64,000 bases of DNA from Antedon mediterranea. Taxonomy: Eukaryota; Animalia; Echinodermata. The notes below the pieces were generated by a model, which had not been told where the DNA came from, did no database searches, and saw nothing but the letters and a program-made list of their open reading frames with translations. Both the position numbers and the translations under genes were made by a program. Below are positions 52,601 through 60,800 of the stretch, piece after piece. The DNA lies in the NCBI RefSeq assembly GCF_964355755.1, contig NC_092670.1, positions 30,926,388-30,990,387 of the forward strand. The letters are read 5' to 3'. The first letter of the stretch is position 1; each line of letters starts with the position of its first letter.

Positions 52601-55600
52601 TTCTCAGCTCTGATTACATTACGGGCGTTGATACTACATGATTCATACGTCAAACGGTCAACAAGCTCTGGACAGTCTTCATTCTCAAGAACGTAACCAG
52701 CAGCAAAGAGAGCAACACTGGCCTCGATATCCATATCACGTGTAGTGAAGTCGTTCTCTTCAACACCGTCGTAGGTTCCACAAAGACCACGGACCTAAAA
52801 TGATAATATTTTTTTTTATAAAGTTATAACTGTTATCGAATGTGTAATAGCCTAATGTAATCATTATTCATAATCGAGGGTCTGGACTGTTTAGCTTCGG
52901 CTACCGATAAGTTTGCATCTTTGATGATTGCTTAAATTTGCTTTTGTTTATTGTGCAGTATTTGGCACAGAATGTGTAAAGCAATACAATAATCTACAAA
53001 CATATAATTACAAAAGCAAACATCTCAACTTACAGAGTACATATAGACAGGGTTAACATTTAGGTAAACTCGTCTTCCTCCATCGTAAGTTACTGTTAGC
53101 CCGAAAGTTTCCACAATAATGAACATTGAAGAGCCAAAGTGTACGTGCATATCGGTGTTCTTATACGGCAAAGAAGCGACTTCTCCGTTGACTGAGACTT
53201 GGTATCCTGGACCAAGCTTAAGTATTGTATCGTCAACAGTTAGCGACAATGATGTGATACACACCAGTGATCCGTCACTACCGCAATCCTCAAATGTAGC
53301 TGACACGTGAAACTTCTTGCTTATAAATTCCTTTAAAGAATAAAAATAAAAATAAGAAAAACATCATCGAATGTTGTTCTTAAAAGGCAACTACAGATAT
53401 TTAGGACGCATACATATCGATGCCTATAATGACGAATGTAAAATTGTATTGAAATAATGTTAATGGTCAGGATCGAAGAATAAACGTGCAGTACACCGTT
53501 TTCCGATAACGTGTTAATATTATCATTGACACGTTACCTACGCTGTCCAAAGTATCGAACGGTTAACACCAAATTATTGTGGAGGTGATCCATGCGCATT
53601 ACGAAAAACCTAAAGCTTGGTTCCCACATAGATCAACGCAAGAACAAGCGCAACTTGACACACATATATCATCCGAACTTTAGCTTGCAATTGGTCAACT
53701 AGCTTGCGTTGCGTGAGTGAGTGGCCGAGCGGTTAAGACAGTGGAACCGTAAGAGTGAGTGGCCGAGCGGTTAAGACAGTGGAACCGTATCACGTAGCCA
53801 TAACATCGGCAGGGGTTCGAGGCTCACTCATTCCATGGTTCTGGTGGTAGAACGAGTCTTCTCGGATAAGGACCTATAAACCGTAGGTCCAGTGAACACA
53901 ACTTGCTCGTGTGCACTTTAAAGAACCTAGTATATCTTTCGAGACGAGTAGGGGGTTACCCCGGTGTATTAGTACATCACAGTCACTGATCACCAACTGG
54001 GCCCTATGGGAGATCAGTCTTTGACTGAAGAGGTCACCCAGTATAAAGATAAAACAAACAAACAAAACAAACAAATACGCCATTTTGTCTTTAGTGAGAA
54101 ATAGATTTAACAATTATTGGTTTTATGCCGTAATGAAGTATCTTACCTCGAGAAGCATGTATGAGCATAATCCGTGGAAAGTATAGTCCTTCTTATCTAT
54201 TGTGGTGATGTGACCTGCTCCAGTGATTGAGCAAGATCCAGTACATATTTCAGATTCACATGTCCACTTGCCATTCAGACAAGTACTGAAATAAAGAAAG
54301 TAATTAATAAGCCATTTTGAAATAGAATGTAAAATGATAGAAGTGTTGATTTACAGCATCTATGAAGAGGTATATGGTTTAAAGGTTTGCATGGCGAATA
54401 CACACAAGTAAAGTTAGGTTTGTAGTAACGTTTACACAGAATGTACTCCAAACTTAACTTTAACTCAACTCAAACCATAATATTTAATACATCCTGGCGT
54501 TAAGTATGTAGAGTGTAGTCACTCATAATATGAACAGCTTGGAAGTCAGAAAAAGTACAAGGCAATAATACCAATGTATGTGTACCGTCTGAAAGTACAG
54601 GCCTACTGCGGTACTGAAAGGAGTTTATCTAGGCCTAATTTATTGTCGCATTGTACAGTGACACCTCCTTCTTACAAGAAGTTAAACAAACGTGTCTTAC
54701 ATACTGTAGTGTTTATATTATATGTATTATACTAGCCTATATAGCTATAAGATGACTTACCATTGATTACACTCCTGCATAATAAAAGACCCATTGTAGT
54801 ACTTTTCCCTGTTATATATACATGGACACAACTCCCTCTCTATACATTCACCCTCTTCCAGATACGTTCCTTCTGGACATTGGCAACCGGGAAGACATGT
54901 GGTAGGGCAGTACTGCTCAAGATTGTAGTTTGCTGAAGCGCATGTGTTTTTACAACTAGACTTGCATTCGGTGTACACTTGCTTACCGGGACATGTTTTA
55001 GCTATAATAATAAAATAATTTCAAATAGTAGGCCTATTGCTAAAATTATAAATACAACGCCATTCAGAGACCCGATACATAAAAATGCACGTGAAAAGAC
55101 AATTTTACACATATATATTTTTACACAAATTGTGCTGACTATGCAAAAAAATATTGTCCTTAAAATTATACACCTTCCCCCTATAGTGAACACAGCCGGC
55201 CAACTCGTCGACAACATTTTGTGGAGAACCATCTTTTGGCCACGGCGATGTCGACAGAGATTTGCCAAAATACTTAGCCGGCCGAATAACAGTTGACAAC
55301 TCGTCGACAACAATTTGTGAAAAACCCCTTTTTGGCCACGACGATAAAATACTTCACTTAACATACTTTAAAGTGAAACTTACGACAAAAGTCTTCAGAT
55401 CTCCACTGTAATGCTACATTGTTGCTGGAACATTCTCTTGCGTATGACGTCAAGACGTTACAAAGAGACGATTCAGATTCGATGCCCAATGAACACAAGT
55501 CACGCATACAGTTATCGTGATAGAAACTTGGATCAACCTAAATAAAATATATGTAAAAGCATTATGATTACATAGCCTATGTAAATACGTGAACGTGATT

Positions 55601-57752
55601 GCTTGAAATGGCATCACAAATATAATTGCCTCGGGAAATCTCAAATGTTATAATACACCTACATTTTGACTGAACGCGTACATGTTTGCTAGCAAACCAA
55701 AAAAAATTCCATAAGCAATGTTATTCATATATTTTCTAGATTACTGTAGGCATAGGATAACTGGCTGTGTTTTTAGTTAGTTATTGATTGTAGCCTACTT
55801 ATTAATTATATCCTAAATCTATGTAAAAATTATGTGTACGGTGTATTTTGGTTAGATTGCTGTTTTTTAAAGTAACTAAGTAGAAATTGTAAATGTGTGT
55901 GATCGAGCGTCTGAGATCCAATAGAATTTTCTAGATTTTTAAATATTTGTGTAAATAATAATAATAAAACGTAAATAAACGCTACTGATATAGTTCGTTT
56001 CAAATTCAATAATAACACCTTTGAAACAAAACCCTAAAATATTTTGTTTTCCTTTATCATAATATAATATAAATGGTACAGTAGTAGTCTAGTCAACAAA
56101 AAGACAATGAATATACTCACATGTTCATGACATGGTGCAAATATATCTCGCCTAAGGTTGTTGCATTCCATTCTGGCGTAGTCAGCAAGTTCGGGATAGG
56201 TGAAACATGGATGCTCAATATCGGGTACATCGTCACATACCTAATTATAGTGTTAACATGTCAAATGTTAGTAGAAATACACAAATATATATATTTAGCA
56301 TTAGTTACACATTTTTATTCGAAAGGATAATTATTCTTGTTCGATCGCTTACCTCTCTAAATGACAGAGACTTCCATGAGTTACCAAGTGATGACGTAAA
56401 ACGGGTCTGGAGTCCGTTCCTCATTGTCATATCGTCTGGTGAGAATAGTATGAAATTAAAATATCATTTATAATAATGATAATACTAGCCTTACATCGAA
56501 AAAAACGATTTGATTCTAAGCATAACTATAACTGTACTTAATTATGTTCTGTCCATATTTTTGTTTGAAATAAATAATATAATATGTGATGTAATAATAT
56601 AACTGTCATTTAAATTGTTATCATTATCATCATCATCATCATCATCATCACTGTCAACTCCATCGATCAATCCTGGTCTTACCTGACTGATCTCCATTAT
56701 AGTTTCCACACAAACCCTCCGTGAGGCCTTGGAGCTGTTGTACTAGCGTGATGTATATCCTGAACTCATTGTCCCATTTTGCTCGTATACCTATGCCAGT
56801 CTCCAAAAAATGTAAATCACCGTCCTTCCAAATACTGGCACCTATAATATTGAAATAAATGGTGGATATACTGTATATTATACATAAAACACAATAACGC
56901 TATTTGGTATTACTTTTATTGATAAAATAAAAGTAAAGTGATATACTTTACATTTAAGATAATCTTTTAATACATTCACAAGTGAAACGTTTCTTGATAG
57001 AATTTGCATATACAGGGAGTAAAACATGTTGACAATTGTGTTGACATGAGTTACAAAACAAAGTAATCATTGCGGCAGATTCACATTTGCTATAGCAACA
57101 GCATTCCATAAGTGAGTAGTTTTAGAAGATAGCATTGTGGAATAGAGTCTCTGAAGATTACAAATAAAATAATAGTTTGTTTACCTTTATCAGCAAACGG
57201 TAATTGTGAAACCTCTACGCCATTAAAGTTAATCGAATCACCATCTATAATAAGACTATCTACCAGTCCAAGTTGAATCGTCAAACGCTTAAATATAATC
57301 AAAGAGCTTACATTATGTTGATCAATAAGAAAAGCTAATAAGAAACAAATATCTTAAATATATATATATTAATTAATTAAATTTCAGTATATCACCGGGC
57401 GGTTTCGAATTAATGTTCATTGCCTAATGTGTTTATATATATATATATATAAACACAATAGGCAAAGAGCATTAATTCTAAACCGCCGGTGATATACTGA
57501 AATTTAATTAATTAATTTGAAACGATAAAGATGAGGAAATCTGTGAGAATGAGAAAAAGTCGCCCCAACCGAAACTCGAACTCGGACCGCCTGCTTGATA
57601 TACAGATGTCCTAACCATTAGACCACTTGGGCTTTCATGGTATTGTTCGAACTCGATTGGATAACGACTCTTTAACATTCTGGGCGTGGTACGGCGGAAC
57701 AGCACTAGTCCTCAGTTGTACGCACGCGCAACAGAGATCAAATTGATACGCC

Positions 57753-57813
<61 letters not shown>

Positions 57814-60800
57814 GAATTATAATTCTTTGCCTCTATAAGAAGAAGAAAAATATAATATAATATGTTTAAAACCATATATATATAAATCAAAGAGCTGCAT
57901 AGGCAGGATATAGAAAAAAATCAAGATCAAATAAGTTAAAACTGCCTCAATATAGGCTAGATTTATTTTTACGACATGTTTCGGGCATAGCCCATCATCA
58001 GGTGAAGAGAATTGTAACAAAGGATAACATATATAAGTCACAAAATGACATAATAAAACAAATCAGCCAATCAAAGATGTTAACAAACAAAAGGCATAGT
58101 TATAAAGACACGCCTCCAAAAGCTATGGGGTACAAAGCAGGAATGGTTGCTTATAAAGCAGGAAATTTAAAACAAAGACAAAAGCTTCAAGTGTAAATAA
58201 TTGTTAATATGTGAATGTCTCTGGCAAAATTAAAGTTTAAAAGATCTAAATTGTACATTTATGCCGGTAGGGGCATATATATATATATTTTTTCACCAGT
58301 GAAAAGATTATCTTAATAATATATATATATATATATAAATCCAAAGGCAAATTACTGAAAAAAATGACAATGCTGTGGGTATCAGTGGCTGGATCTCAAT
58401 GGAGATAAAAAAATAAAAAGCGAAAAGCTAAATCAAAACGATAAAGTAAACAGCCAGAAAAGTTAGCAGAGCTTTCGGGCAACACTAGCCCTTCATCAGT
58501 GCAAGTGTATATATACACAAATCAGGCAAAGAACATTAATTCTAAACCGCCCGGTGATATACTGAAATTTAATTAATTAATTTGAAACGATAAAGATGAG
58601 GAAACCTGTGAGAATGAGAAAAATATTAGCAGACGGTCCGAGTTCGAGTCTCGGTTGAGGCGACTTTTTCTCATTCTCACAGATTTCCTCATCTTTATCG
58701 TTACAAATTAATTAATTAAATTTCAGTATATAACCGGGCGGTTTAGAATTAATGTTCTTTGCCTGCTGTGTTTATATATATAAAAGTATCTCTTCGGAGA
58801 TCCCGCCTCGTGAATAAAAATACTGAAAGATATATGAGGGCGTATCAATTTGATCTCTGTTGCGCGTGCGTACAACTGAGGACTAGTGCTGTTCCGCCGT
58901 ACCACGCCGAGAATGTTAAAGAGTCGCTATCCAATCGAGTTTGAACAATACCATGAATGCCCCAGTGGTGGTCTAATGGTTAGGGCAACTGCATATCAAG
59001 CAGACGGTCCGAGTTCGAGTCTCGGTTGGGGCGACTTTTTCTCATTCTCACAGATTTCCTCATCTTTATCGTTACAAATTAATTAATTCAATTTCAGTAT
59101 ATCACCGGGTGGTTTAGAATTAATGTTCTTTGCCTGTTGTGTTTATATATATATATATAACAGTTATATTTGGATGATGTCGAATACCTGATTTTAGTAT
59201 AAATAAGAACAGTATGTTAATCCATATTATTTGTTTGTGGTTACTATTACACCTCATGTGATTTATGTATTCATAAATATTAACATTGTGTATATGTTGG
59301 AAAGAAAGAGAAAAGAGATTATGTTTGGTATGAATTCATTTTAAATCTCTCCTAAAATCTATTATTTTAAAGCAATAGCATTAGACCTATTATATTTCAT
59401 TTTATTTATTAAAATTACAAACGGCAGTGAAAACAAAATCAAAAGTGTAAAATCGTATTATAACCTTTGTTATAAGTACTGAACACCAACAGATATAAAA
59501 CAAGTGTTTTTGGAAATGTATAGGCCTAACATGACATTAAGCGGAAATGGCAGGAATTGTTTGGCCTACTGTTGCATTTACTTACCTTTCGACACAAGAG
59601 TGGGTCGGTACAGTCGATATTCCGCACGAGCACACTCCACGTTTCATCGATATCAGCCGCTAAGATGTATTCACAACCTCCGAGGAAGTTATATCGAAGA
59701 CCGTCAAATGTTCGGAAATGTTCGGTTCCCCAAAACACACATGTTGCAAATGGAAGTAAGCTCTCTGTTGTGCTTGTCACGTTTTCAGCTAAAACAAGAA
59801 AAAGATAATATAATATGTTTAAAACCATATATCGATATAACATATAAAGCTTGCGGTACACCACGTGTATTAGTTCTGAGTTTAGAGTTTCTCGACGTTT
59901 CGATCGATATGCTTTGATCGTCCTAAGGATGAGGACGATCAAAGCATATTGATAAACTCAACAGTTCTATTCAGAACTAATACACGTGGTGTACCACAAG
60001 CTTTATATCAACATTTGATTTCGCCATGCAAACCTTCAAACAATCAGGGAGTTGTTATTACAACTCCCTGAAACAATATAAAACCATATACATGTATTGT
60101 TATAAAATTAGATAAAATCTTTGTTAATATAAAATAGTGTTATTTGTTAAGCTTTGTCTACGCTATTAAACTATTTTGACAAAAAAAAGTGTTACGTGCC
60201 CAAATGGTAGTGGTATTTCAAAATATGGTAGTGATATGACATCATACAGTCCATATATGGGCAATTAATAAAATGTGGTAGTATAGACAGAGCTTGAGAG
60301 AATTAAGAAACATAAAGGTTGGGTTGTTTTCTCAGAATGGTTACACTTTACAAAAAGTCTACAAATTATCAAATTCCTGTGACGAGTCAACATTGACATA
60401 GTGGATCAAGAAACATATCAATTCATGTTTTCTACTTACGTTCCAATAAGTTACACTGGTCTCCGAAAAAGTTAGTTGGACAATCACACTTGTTAGGCTC
60501 TAGACAAATACCTCCATTCTCACATGGCAATGAGCATATTGCTATTTTTGACAAACAGAATAGAAATAAAAATCAGAAAGAAGAAATATACTGACATTTT
60601 GGTATGGTATTTTGTATATGATATAATTTGATATATCTATATTATAAGTGAGAGAGTTTGTCTGTTTGTCTGTTTGTTCGTTATACAAATTTTTGTTACT
60701 GCACGTAATCTTACATATGGGGTATCAAAATGACCGCAATTGTACCGGGAATGTTTACCGTTACTGTGTTCAACTACATCACGATGCCTCCAAGGAAAAA

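Noticed and set aside
55196-55345. GC-rich intronic segment with internal duplication (CAACTCGTCGACAACA...TTTTGGCCACG twice)
   Set aside because: Probably a transposon relic; single occurrence in the window and no diagnostic termini.
58959-59032. Bona fide tRNA-Asp gene
   Set aside because: ATC anticodon and A32 are atypical, the two copies differ by an indel at the acceptor/D junction, and it is embedded in a dispersed repeat; kept only as tRNA-like.
57508-59086. Duplicated 65-66-aa ORFs [10 protein letters not shown]... as a small protein family
   Set aside because: They run through the tRNA-like repeat, start at GTG and show no coding signature.
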